Below are positions 55,958 to 64,000 of a DNA stretch of 64,000 nucleotides, piece after piece. The position numbers and the translations under genes were made by a program. Source of the DNA: an uncultured Methylomirabilota bacterium (GTDB taxonomy: Bacteria > Methylomirabilota > Methylomirabilia > Methylomirabilales > 2-02-FULL-66-22); contig OY970067.1 in NCBI GenBank assembly GCA_963705305.1, positions 640,001 through 704,000 on the forward strand, written 5' to 3'. Each line of letters opens with the position of its first letter. Position 1 is the first letter of the stretch. The notes under the pieces were generated by a model. It searched no databases and was not told the origin of the DNA. It saw only the letters and a program-made list of their open reading frames with translations.

Positions 55958-57091
55958 TCAGTATGCTCCGAATTCCCGGGCCGCCTCCACCATGGCCAGG
56001 ATGTTCTCTGGCGGAACCTCGGCCTGGACGTTGTGGACCGCCCCCAGGATATAGCCCCCGCCGGGACCGAGGTCGGCGATCCGTCGCCGGACCTCCTCGC
56101 GGACCTCCGCCGGCGAGCCCTGGGGCAGGACCCGGTGCGTGTCGATTCCGCCCCAGAAGGCGATGTCCCGACCAAACTCCCGCTTCAACCGGCCGCTGTC
56201 CATATCCTTGGCAGATACTTGGACGGGGTGCACGGCATCGAAGCCCGATTCGATGAAATCCGGAATGAATGCCGCGATGGACCCGCAACTATGCAGGAGG
56301 ATGGGTTTTCCGAAGCGCTTCACCGTCTGGACAAGACGGCCGTGGGTGGGCTTCAGCAGCCGGCGGTAGAGCGCCGGGCTCATCACCGGGCCCTGCTGGG
56401 TCCCCAGGTCATCCCCGAACATCACCAGATCCACCAGATCGCCCGCCTCCTCCAGTGCGCGCTCGGTCAGGCGGACCCAGAAGTCCACATACCGCTCCAG
56501 GAACGCTTGAACGAAGTCGGGCGCGGCGATGAGATCTTCGAGGCAGGCGGCGTAGCCTCGCATGAACTGGAGCTGATGGAGTGGGCCCACGCCCAGCACC
56601 AGGATCACGGCGGCGTCCGAGACCCGCCGGTGGGCCTCGGCCTGAGCGCGCAGGCCGCGGAACCGGCCGGGGTCCAGGGGGTTCGGCCAGGCGAATCTCT
56701 CCAGCAAGGCCAGGTCAGGCTCCTGGTGGTAGAACGGCCCATCGGCGTTGATGAAGTGCTGTCCCTCGCCGACGTGCCGCCAGGTGATGCCCCATTCGTC
56801 GAACAGGCAGCCGTCGGACAGCTGCCGCTCGGGATTGACATCGGGGTCGCCTAGGATCACGGCCCGGCAGGCCGCGCCCAGGCGCTGAAGCAGCTGCTCA
56901 TCAGGGAGGACGCTGTTGGATCGGCGCGAGAGGTAGGCGACCGACGGATCTCCCTCGAATCCGAGGAAGGCCATCAGGCGCCGGTAGGCGTGGACGTTGA
57001 TGGTGCTGGCGAGCGTCCCGCCCAGATCCACGGGCACGCGGTCGGGGGGCTGGCGTCTGAGCGTCGTGAGCACCCGCTCTCGATTCGTCAT
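55958..57091 (-). CDS. Uroporphyrinogen decarboxylase family (MtaA/CmuA-like) methyltransferase homolog
   Basis: RERV...L....PDRVPVD, DEWG, GDDLGTQ, HSCG, GGID, GGGYI...HNVQ motifs. Confidence 0.88.
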   Translation of the reverse strand: MTNRERVLTTLRRQPPDRVPVDLGGTLASTINVHAYRRLMAFLGFEGDPSVAYLSRRSNSVLPDEQLLQRLGAACRAVILGDPDVNPERQLSDGCLFDEWGITWRHVGEGQHFINADGPFYHQEPDLALLERFAWPNPLDPGRFRGLRAQAEAHRRVSDAAVILVLGVGPLHQLQFMRGYAACLEDLIAAPDFVQAFLERYVDFWVRLTERALEEAGDLVDLVMFGDDLGTQQGPVMSPALYRRLLKPTHGRLVQTVKRFGKPILLHSCGSIAAFIPDFIESGFDAVHPVQVSAKDMDSGRLKREFGRDIAFWGGIDTHRVLPQGSPAEVREEVRRRIADLGPGGGYILGAVHNVQAEVPPENILAMVEAAREFGAY

Positions 57092-57120
57092 GGCGGACCC
57101 TTCCGAGCCGGCTGAAATGC

Positions 57121-57190
57121 GTTCGACCGTTCGGGAGTCTCGGCCAGACACCGCGAACGGTCGAACAGTCCAGCCCTTGAACGATCCAAG
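57121..57190. repeat. Octamer-periodic hairpin in intergenic spacer
   Basis: gttcgaccgttcg (57121-57133) pairs perfectly with cgaacggtcgaac (57154-57166); 8-nt units continue. Confidence 0.65.
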
Positions 57191-57199
57191 CGCGGCGCC

Positions 57200-57835
57200 T
57201 CAGGCGATGCCCAGCAACCTCTTGGCCTTCTCCACCGCCACGCCGGCGCTTTCGCCGTAGGCGTCGGCCCCGATCTCGTCGGCAAAGCTCTGCGTGACCG
57301 GCGCCCCGCCCACCATCACCTTGATCTTGGAGCGGAGTTCGGCGCGCTCGAGAGCCTGCATCACGTCCTTCATCCCCAGCATGGTGGTGGTGAGCAGGGT
57401 GGACATGCCCAGGATCTGCGCCTTGGTATCCTTGACCGCCTGGACGAACTTGTCCGGCGGGACGTCCGTCCCGAGATCCACGACCTCGAACCCGGCCCCT
57501 TCCCACATCATGCAGACCAGATTCTTGCCAATGTCGTGCAGGTCGCCCTTGACGGTCCCCGCCACTGCCACGCCAACCGGCTTGGTTCCGCGCTGGATCA
57601 ACAGCGGCTTCAGGATCGCCAGCGACTTCTTCATGGCCCGGGCCGCGACGAGGACTTCCGGAACGTACACCTCGTTGCAGCGGAACTTCTCCCCGACCAC
57701 TTGCATGCCAGGAACCAGGGCCTCGTTGAGAATCTTCTCCGGCGGGTGGCCCGCCTGAATGGCCACCTCCGTCAGGACGGTGCACCCTTTCGCATCGCCA
57801 GCGATCACGGCCTCCTTCAACGCATTCAAGTCCAT
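57200..57835 (-). CDS. Cobalamin-binding corrinoid protein of a methyltransferase system
   Basis: B12 cap domain (PGM..VG.KF...EVYVPEV), GDLHDIGKN, S.LLTTT, VGGAP motifs. Confidence 0.95.
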   Translation of the reverse strand: MDLNALKEAVIAGDAKGCTVLTEVAIQAGHPPEKILNEALVPGMQVVGEKFRCNEVYVPEVLVAARAMKKSLAILKPLLIQRGTKPVGVAVAGTVKGDLHDIGKNLVCMMWEGAGFEVVDLGTDVPPDKFVQAVKDTKAQILGMSTLLTTTMLGMKDVMQALERAELRSKIKVMVGGAPVTQSFADEIGADAYGESAGVAVEKAKRLLGIA

Positions 57836-58054
57836 GGCAGCCCCCTTCACGCGTCAGGTGAGGAACCCCGGAGCGCACATTCTCCGGATCGCCGGTCACT
57901 ATCTCCCACGACTCGACGCGAGGCCAGCCTGAATCGTCATTTGACTGCTCGACCGGACCTGTGGCGCCACCGTCCTGCGTCTCGGTCCCCCCTCGCCGAG
58001 TTGTCCGAAATTGCAGCCAAGGACCCACTTCGTAGGTGCCTTCCGATCCAAAGT

Positions 58055-58083
58055 AACGTATGGTGAAGACAATCTTCTGTCAA
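58055..58083 (-). promoter_or_regulatory. Sigma70 promoter of the corrinoid operon
   Basis: TTGACA-N17-TACGTT; gaaga-caa-tcttc palindrome in the spacer. Confidence 0.65.
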
Positions 58084-58131
58084 GCGGGGATCGGACCTGC
58101 GCGGTTGACGCGGCAGGGGAGGAGATGATTC

Positions 58132-59364
58132 ATGTCGTTGCCCAATGTTGTTCGAGTGAGCCAAGCCTTCGATCGCACGCGGCTCGAGGATGCTCGCGGA
58201 GCCGTCATCTCCGGCCTGACCGCCCTCGGCCTGGGGGCAAAGCTCAAGCCCGGCGCCCGGATCGCCATCACGGCGGGCAGCCGCGGCATCCAGAACCTGG
58301 TGGCCATGACCCGCGCCGCCGTGGACTGGGTCAAAGACGCGGGCGGCCTGCCCTTCATCGTCCCGGCCATGGGCAGCCACGGAGGCGCGACCGACGAGGG
58401 CCAGAAAGGCCTCCTGGCGGACCTGGGCATCTCCGAGGCCGGCATGGGCTGCCCGGTCATCTCTTCCCTGCAGGTCGAGCAGATCGGGAAGACCCCCTCG
58501 GGTGCTCCGGTCTACCTGGACAGGAACGCCCTCCATGCCGACGGCATCATCGCCATCAACCGGGTCAAGCTCCACACCATCTTCCGCGGTGAGGTGGAGA
58601 GCGGCCTGTGCAAGATGCTGGCGGTGGGCCTGGGAAAACACAAGGGGGCCCAGCAGATCCACGCGATCGGCACCCAGCCCTTCATGGTGGAGACAGCCCG
58701 GGTCATCCTGGCCAAGGCGCCGGTCCTGGCCGGCGTGGCCGTGTTGGAGAACTCGCTAGATGAGACCATGGAAGTCCACGTGGTGCCCCCGGAGCGGTTC
58801 GAGGCCACCGACATCGCGCTCCTGAGGCGGGCCTGGCAGATCATCCCCCGCATCCCGTTCGATCCGCTGGACGTCCTGGTGGTGGACGAGATGGGCAAGA
58901 ATATCAGCGGGACCGGCATGGACACGAACGTCATCGGGATCGGCGGCCGTCTCGCCGGGAAGATGACGATGGGAACGCCGGCCGTCTCGGCGGTCGTCGT
59001 CTTGGATCTCACCCGCGAGACCCACGGGAACGCCAACGGCATCGGCCTCGCCGATCTCACCACCCGCCGGGTGGTGGACGCCATCGATTACAAGGCCACC
59101 TACACCAATGTCATGACGACCCGGCTGTGGTCGGCCGGGCGCCTGCCCTTGATCCTGGACACCGATCGCGAGGCCGTCGAGGTGGCCGTGGGCGAGACAC
59201 CCCTGGACCAGGTCCGCTTCGTCCGGGTCTTGAATACCCTGCACCTGGAAGAGCTGGAGATCTCGGAGGTGCTCCTGCCCGAGGCCAGGAAGCTCGGCCT
59301 TGCCGTCCTGGGCGAGGCGCACCCACTGGAGTTCGACACGAACGGGCGGATCAAGTCGTTCTGA
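58132..59364 (+). CDS. LarA-like (DUF2088/DUF362-related) protein
   Basis: AITAGSRGI, PAMGSHGGAT.EGQ, NRVK.HT.F, ESGL.KM...GLGK, GKNISGTGMD motifs. Confidence 0.75.
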   Translation: MSLPNVVRVSQAFDRTRLEDARGAVISGLTALGLGAKLKPGARIAITAGSRGIQNLVAMTRAAVDWVKDAGGLPFIVPAMGSHGGATDEGQKGLLADLGISEAGMGCPVISSLQVEQIGKTPSGAPVYLDRNALHADGIIAINRVKLHTIFRGEVESGLCKMLAVGLGKHKGAQQIHAIGTQPFMVETARVILAKAPVLAGVAVLENSLDETMEVHVVPPERFEATDIALLRRAWQIIPRIPFDPLDVLVVDEMGKNISGTGMDTNVIGIGGRLAGKMTMGTPAVSAVVVLDLTRETHGNANGIGLADLTTRRVVDAIDYKATYTNVMTTRLWSAGRLPLILDTDREAVEVAVGETPLDQVRFVRVLNTLHLEELEISEVLLPEARKLGLAVLGEAHPLEFDTNGRIKSF

Positions 59365-59410
59365 ACGTCGAGAGTCAGCCGTGACGGCGACGGGATGGGA
59401 GAGGAACCCG

Positions 59411-59680
59411 ATGGCGATAAAACCCGTAGTGATCTCCATCAACGACAAGCTCTGCAAGGGGGCGGACGGCTGCGGCATCTGCCTGGCCCTCTGCCCCAAG
59501 GATGTCTTCAAGGTGGCCGAGCGGCTGACCAGCCGGGGCATCCGGCCGCCGCAGATCGACAAGATCACGGCCTGTACCAACTGTGGCAACTGCATGATCT
59601 ACTGCCCGGACATGGCCATCGTCGTGCGACTCGACGAGGTGCCGGAAGCGGCTGCTGCTGCGGGGCAGCAGCAGCAATGA
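59411..59680 (+). CDS. 2x[4Fe-4S] ferredoxin, 2-oxoacid oxidoreductase delta subunit
   Basis: CKGADGCGICLALCP and CTNCGNCMIYCPD. Confidence 0.9.
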   Translation: MAIKPVVISINDKLCKGADGCGICLALCPKDVFKVAERLTSRGIRPPQIDKITACTNCGNCMIYCPDMAIVVRLDEVPEAAAAAGQQQQ

Positions 59681-59815
59681 AAAATGTCAAACCGACAATG
59701 GAAAACCGGACAACCCATCCGATAATCGATCAGCTTTTCGGCCGAGGGCGGATCGGCTGTTGGCTTTCCATTTTTAATTGTCGGTTGTCGGTTTTGCATT
59801 TTCAATCTTCCATTG
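59676..59815. repeat. Heptamer-periodic imperfect inverted repeat (copy B)
   Basis: aatgaaa-aatgtca-aaccgac-aatggaa left arm; ttgtcgg-ttgtcgg-ttttgca-ttttcaa right arm; shares units with copy A. Confidence 0.7.
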
Positions 59816-59824
59816 GAGCGTTTC

Positions 59825-60979
59825 ATGCCTAATCGCGCAGTTCTGACCGGACGTCACTTCATGATGGGCAACATCGCCTGTGCCGAGGGGGCGGTGGCCG
59901 CCGGGTGCCGCTTCGCCGCCGGCTACCCCATCACGCCGGCCACCGAGGTGGCCGAGCGGCTGGCTGAGCGGCTCCCCGCCGTGGGCGGGACGTTCCTCCA
60001 GATGGAGGACGAGATCGGATCCATGGCGGCCATCATCGGGGCCTCCTGGGGGGGGATGAAGTCGCTCACCGCGACCTCGGGCCCCGGGATCAGCCTGATG
60101 CTGGAGAACATCGGGTTCGCCGTCGGGACGGAGACCCCCTGCGTGATCGTGAACGTCATGCGCGGAGGACCGACCACCGGGATCCCCACGGTCGAGCTCC
60201 AGGGGGATGTCATCCAGGCGCGGCGCGGCTCCCACGGCGACTACCAGATCATCGCCCTGGCGCCCTCCTCGGTGCAGGAGTGCTTCGACTACACGGTGGA
60301 GGCCTTCAACCTCGCAGAGCGGTATCGAACCCCCGTTTTCGTACTGATGGATGCCTTCCTGGGGCACATGCGGGAGGAGCTGGTCATCCCTGCGCCGGAG
60401 GCCATCCCGCTCGCGGACCGGAGGCGCTTCCCGAAGGGCATGGACGTGGAGAGCCTCCCCGCCTTCCTGGACGAGGACGTGGCCCCCATGCCCGTCTTCG
60501 GCGGGGGCCACAAGGCCCACGTGACCAGCTCCTGCCACGATGCCTACGGCCGCCGGAACGTCATCGACGCCTCGGCCCTGGATGTGTTCATCAAGAAGCT
60601 CAACGGGAAGATCGAAAATCACCAGGACGACATCGTCCGGGTGGCGTCGGACACCGAGGGGGCCGAGGTCGTCCTGGTGAGCTACGGCTCCATCTTCCGC
60701 GCCGCGCAGGCCGCCGTGGAGGCGGGCCGGGCCGGCGGCCTCAAGCTGGGCTGGATCAAGTTGGGGACGATCTGGCCCTTCCCCGACAAGGCCCTCCGGG
60801 CCGCGGCGCAGACGGCCAAGCGGCTGATCGTCTTGGAAAACAACCTCGGCCAGCTATTCCCCTACGTTCAGGCCGCGGTCGCCCCGCACTGCAGGGTCAG
60901 CTTCCTGCCGCCCCGGATCCTCGGCGAGATGCACGAGATCGGGGACATCCTGGCGGCGGTCCGCGAGGTGCACGCATGA
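59825..60979 (+). CDS. korA: 2-oxoacid:ferredoxin oxidoreductase alpha subunit
   Basis: GN.ACAEGA, AGYPITPATE, QMEDEI, ATSGPG.SLM.E, RGGP.TG.PT motifs. Confidence 0.93.
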   Translation: MPNRAVLTGRHFMMGNIACAEGAVAAGCRFAAGYPITPATEVAERLAERLPAVGGTFLQMEDEIGSMAAIIGASWGGMKSLTATSGPGISLMLENIGFAVGTETPCVIVNVMRGGPTTGIPTVELQGDVIQARRGSHGDYQIIALAPSSVQECFDYTVEAFNLAERYRTPVFVLMDAFLGHMREELVIPAPEAIPLADRRRFPKGMDVESLPAFLDEDVAPMPVFGGGHKAHVTSSCHDAYGRRNVIDASALDVFIKKLNGKIENHQDDIVRVASDTEGAEVVLVSYGSIFRAAQAAVEAGRAGGLKLGWIKLGTIWPFPDKALRAAAQTAKRLIVLENNLGQLFPYVQAAVAPHCRVSFLPPRILGEMHEIGDILAAVREVHA

Positions 60980-61815
60980 GCTTGGCAACCTACGAGCATC
61001 CGCTGGCGAAGTACATCCGCCCCTCCGCCAAGACCACGGCGAACTGCCCCGGGTGCGGCAACGGGATCCTGGCGCAGGCGATCCTGCAGGCCATCGACGA
61101 GCTGGGCCTGTCCCTGGACGATTTCGTCTTCGTCTCGGGGATCGGCTGCTCGGCTTGGATCCCCAGCCCCAGCTTCTACGCCGATGTCCTGCACACCACC
61201 CACGGGCGCCCCATCGCTTTCGCCACCGGGATCAAGGCAGTCCTGCCGGACAAGCACGTCATGGTGATCAGCGGCGATGGGGACCTCACCGCCATCGGTG
61301 GGAACCACCTGATCCATGCGGCCCGGCGGAATATCGCCATGTCCGTCTTCTGCGTGAACAACGGGATCTACGGGATGACCGGCGGCCAGGTGGCCCCCAC
61401 CACGCCCATCGGCCTTCTCACCGTCACCACCCCGTATGGCAACGCCGAGAATCCCTTCGACATCTGCAAGCTGGTGGAGGGGGCGGGCGCCTCCTTCGTG
61501 GCCCGCTGGACGACCTACCATCCGCGGCAGATCGTGAAGACCGCCAAGGCGGCCATCCGGAAAAAGGGCTTCGCCTTCGTCGAGGTCATCTCGCAGTGCC
61601 CGGTCGAGTTCGGGCGCAAGACCGGGATGGGCAACACGGTCCAGATGCTGGAGCATTACAAGAAGAACTCGGTCTCAGTGGCCAAGGCCAAGACCATGAG
61701 TCCCGAGGAGCTGACGGGCAAGATCGTGGTGGGCGAGTTCGTGGACATCGAGAAACCGGAGTTGATCGAGACGCTGGCGGCGGTACGGGCCAAGGCGATG
61801 GCAGGAGGAGCGTAG
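60976..61815 (+). CDS. korB: 2-oxoacid:ferredoxin oxidoreductase beta subunit
   Basis: CPGCG, SGIGCS, HTTHGR, GDGD...IGGNH, NNGIYGMTGGQ, SQCP motifs; ATGA overlap with alpha. Confidence 0.93.
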   Translation: MSLATYEHPLAKYIRPSAKTTANCPGCGNGILAQAILQAIDELGLSLDDFVFVSGIGCSAWIPSPSFYADVLHTTHGRPIAFATGIKAVLPDKHVMVISGDGDLTAIGGNHLIHAARRNIAMSVFCVNNGIYGMTGGQVAPTTPIGLLTVTTPYGNAENPFDICKLVEGAGASFVARWTTYHPRQIVKTAKAAIRKKGFAFVEVISQCPVEFGRKTGMGNTVQMLEHYKKNSVSVAKAKTMSPEELTGKIVVGEFVDIEKPELIETLAAVRAKAMAGGA

Positions 61816-61840
61816 CGCCCGCCCCGCTGGAGGAAACGAC

Positions 61841-62413
61841 GTGAAACGCACGGAGATTCGCATCGCGGGATTCGGCGGCCAGGGTGTAGTCCTGGCCGGG
61901 GTCCTCCTGGGGACCGCCGCCGCCGTCGCCGACGGCCGGCGGGCCGTCCAGACCCAGTCCTACGGCGCGGCGGCCCGCGGCGGCGGGGCCCGCTCGGAGG
62001 TGATCATCTCCGATGACCCCGTCACCTACCCGCGCGTCACGCACCCGGACCTCATGATCGCCATGTCGGAAGAGGCCATGAAGAAGTATGGCCCGGACAT
62101 GCGGCCCGGCAGCCTGCTCGTGATCGACAGCGACCTGGTGAAAGAGGTGAAGCGGGACGACCTGCGCCTCCTGGGTATTCCGGCCTCCAACCTCGCCACC
62201 CAGGAGCTGGGCCGGACCATCGTGGCCAACCTGGTGATGCTGGGGGTGCTGGTCGCCAAAACCGGCATCGTGAGCGCCGCCGGGATGGAGGCCGCCATTC
62301 GCGAAAACGTCCCCCCCAAGACCATCGACCTGAACCTCAAGGCCTTTCGCCGGGGGCTGGAGCTCGGCGGGCAGGCCCTCATCCAGGAGCCGGTGAGCCA
62401 TGCGACTGCATGA
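61841..62413 (+). CDS. korC: 2-oxoacid:ferredoxin oxidoreductase gamma subunit
   Basis: IAGFGGQG, QSYGAAARGG, ANLVMLG motifs. Confidence 0.93.
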   Translation: MKRTEIRIAGFGGQGVVLAGVLLGTAAAVADGRRAVQTQSYGAAARGGGARSEVIISDDPVTYPRVTHPDLMIAMSEEAMKKYGPDMRPGSLLVIDSDLVKEVKRDDLRLLGIPASNLATQELGRTIVANLVMLGVLVAKTGIVSAAGMEAAIRENVPPKTIDLNLKAFRRGLELGGQALIQEPVSHATA

Positions 62414-63548
62414 GCACGAGGCGGCCAGCCTGTTTCGCCAAACCGGGATCCCCGTTCCCTCCTTCGCCGTGGCCCGCTCGGCCGACGAGGCGGTGGCCGC
62501 GCTGGACGCGGTGGGGCTCCCCGTCGTCATCAAGGCCCAGGTCCTGGTGGGCTCGCGGGGCAAGCACGGCGGCATCGTCGTGGCCGAGACCGCGGACCAG
62601 GTCCGTGAGAAAGCGGGCGCGATGCTCGGCAGCCGGGTGCGCGGCTTGCCGGTCGAGTCCGTGATGGTCTCGAAGAAGGTGCCCATCGCGCGCGAGCTGT
62701 ACACCGGGGTCACCGTGGACGCCGCGGCCGGCGCCATCACGGCGATCCTGGGAACCGCCGGGGGGATCGACGTGGAGACCGCGGCCAGAGAGCAGCCCGA
62801 GTCCCTGTTTCGGGCTACCGTGATTCCGCCTGCCGACCTCCGTGGCCACCAGGCGCGCGCGCTGGCCCGGCAGGCCGGGTTCCGCGGCGACCTCATGGTC
62901 AAGATCGGCGATGCCCTGGTCGGCCTCTACCGGGCCTTCCGGCGATACGATGCCCTGATCGCCGAGGTGAACCCCCTGGTGGTGACCGCCGACGACGCCC
63001 TCTGGGCCGTGGACGCCGTGCTGGAGGTGGACGACTCCGCCCTCTTCCGCCACCCCGAGATGCCCAAGGACGTCCTGACCCGGATCGAGCAGCCCCTGGA
63101 GCGGGCGGCCAAGCAGATCGGCGTTTCTTACGTGGACCTGGACGGGGACATCGCCCTGATCAGCAGCGGCGCCGGCCTCGGCATGGCCACCATGGACGTG
63201 GTGGGCCAGCGCCTCCGCCCGGCCAACTTCCTGGAGACCGGCGGGGGGATCACCGAGGAGCTGATGTACAAGGTGACTGATCTGGTCCTGCAGAAGCCCG
63301 GCGTGCGCGGCCTCCTCATCAACCTGTACGGAGGGATCAACCCCATCCACGAGGGGGCCAAGGGTATCGTCCGCGCCCTCAAGGAGAAACAGGTCAAGAT
63401 CCCGGTGGTGGCCAAGGCTCTGGGCAATCGCCAGGAGGAGACCTGGGCCACCCTCCAGGAGGCCGGGGTCATCGTCGTGACCGACATCACCACCGAGGCG
63501 GCCGTGGACGCCCTGTGCGCGGCACTGGAAGCGAGTCCGAGGTCCTAG
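62400..63548 (+). CDS. sucC: Succinyl-CoA synthetase-like beta subunit (ATP-grasp)
   Basis: LHEHEA, VIKAQV..G.RGK.GG, EVNPL, GAGLGMATMD, PANFL motifs. Confidence 0.85.
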   Translation: MRLHEHEAASLFRQTGIPVPSFAVARSADEAVAALDAVGLPVVIKAQVLVGSRGKHGGIVVAETADQVREKAGAMLGSRVRGLPVESVMVSKKVPIARELYTGVTVDAAAGAITAILGTAGGIDVETAAREQPESLFRATVIPPADLRGHQARALARQAGFRGDLMVKIGDALVGLYRAFRRYDALIAEVNPLVVTADDALWAVDAVLEVDDSALFRHPEMPKDVLTRIEQPLERAAKQIGVSYVDLDGDIALISSGAGLGMATMDVVGQRLRPANFLETGGGITEELMYKVTDLVLQKPGVRGLLINLYGGINPIHEGAKGIVRALKEKQVKIPVVAKALGNRQEETWATLQEAGVIVVTDITTEAAVDALCAALEASPRS

Positions 63549-63617
63549 GTCCGACGTCCGAGGTCGTCTGTGTTTGCCAGCCTCGAACCGTGAACCGCCG
63601 CACCTCGCACCGCCGAC
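63533..63617. repeat. Heptamer-periodic repeats at the sucC-sucD junction
   Basis: gtccgag-gtcctag-gtccgac-gtccgag and cctcgaa-ccgtgaa-ccgccgca-cctcgca. Confidence 0.55.
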
Positions 63618-63627
63618 GGAGCAGGCT

Positions 63628-64000
63628 ATGAGCATTCTCCTCAACAGGAACACGCGGGTCCTGGTCCAGGGAATCACCGGTAAGATCGGCCGGGCCCAGA
63701 CCAAGTGGATGGTGGAGTACGGCACGCGGATCGTGGCGGGCGTCACGCCCGGCAGGGGCGGCGAGACGGTCGAGGGGGTCCCGGTCTTCGACAGCGTCGC
63801 CGAGGCGGTCAGGGAAACCGGCGCCGAGGCGTCCGTGTTCTTTGTTCCCGCCCGATCGGTGAAGGACACCGTCTTTGAAACCCTGGAGGCCGGCGTCAAG
63901 CTGGTGGTGGTGGTGACGGAGCATATCCCCGTCCACGATACCATGGAGATGCGGGCCGAGTCGGGGAAGGCCGGCGCCATCCTCCTCGGACCGACCACCC
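63628..64000 (+). CDS. sucD: Succinyl-CoA synthetase-like alpha subunit, 3'-truncated by window edge
   Basis: MSILLNRNTRVLVQGITGKIG...YGTRIVAGVTPGRGG...VTEHIPVHD; absent from the ORF track because it runs off the end. Confidence 0.9.
   Translation, partial: MSILLNRNTRVLVQGITGKIGRAQTKWMVEYGTRIVAGVTPGRGGETVEGVPVFDSVAEAVRETGAEASVFFVPARSVKDTVFETLEAGVKLVVVVTEHIPVHDTMEMRAESGKAGAILLGPTT

Noticed and set aside
1..64000. tRNA (including tRNA-Sec), rRNA, prophage or defence genes
   Set aside because: None recognised by eye; a tRNAscan/Infernal run would be needed to exclude small RNAs.

Overview
This 64-kb window comes from a high-GC bacterium. The gene content suggests an anaerobe or facultative anaerobe of the NC10/Methylomirabilota or deltaproteobacterial type, but this cannot be proven from the sequence. 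Left accessory block (1-21 kb): a LarA-family gene converges on a minus-strand cluster (SDR, frameshifted lactonase-like MBL, lower-GC TRAP transporter, TIM-barrel epimerase, form IV RuBisCO-like protein). Next come two Cache-HAMP sensors with no catalytic output, DUF362, yhhQ, and a visibly decaying catabolic operon (nagA, TPP-dependent E1 alpha/beta, frameshifted GntR, Zn-ADH, cyclase, amber-interrupted divergent PdxA, deleted dctM remnant). Core block (21-40 kb): two PpiC foldases, mfd, rfaE-II, a DHS-like gene, moaC, acuC, selA, tmk, holB, ricT, metG, purM. A 259-bp non-autonomous IS element (TGT...ACA ends, perfect 17-bp target duplication) sits in a divergent promoter at 29142-29400. Right block (40-64 kb): dcuC-M20-paaK-ACT, GH88, a hybrid kinase, class I aldolase, arfB, a CPA2 antiporter, an M23 peptidase, and a corrinoid/UroD-type methyltransferase/DUF1638 operon. 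That operon diverges from a second operon encoding a LarA-like protein, a four-subunit 2-oxoacid:ferredoxin oxidoreductase and a divergent SucCD. Several intergenic spacers carry 7- or 8-nt periodic repeats. I saw no rRNA, tRNA or CRISPR array. All family calls come from motif recognition by eye, with no database searches.
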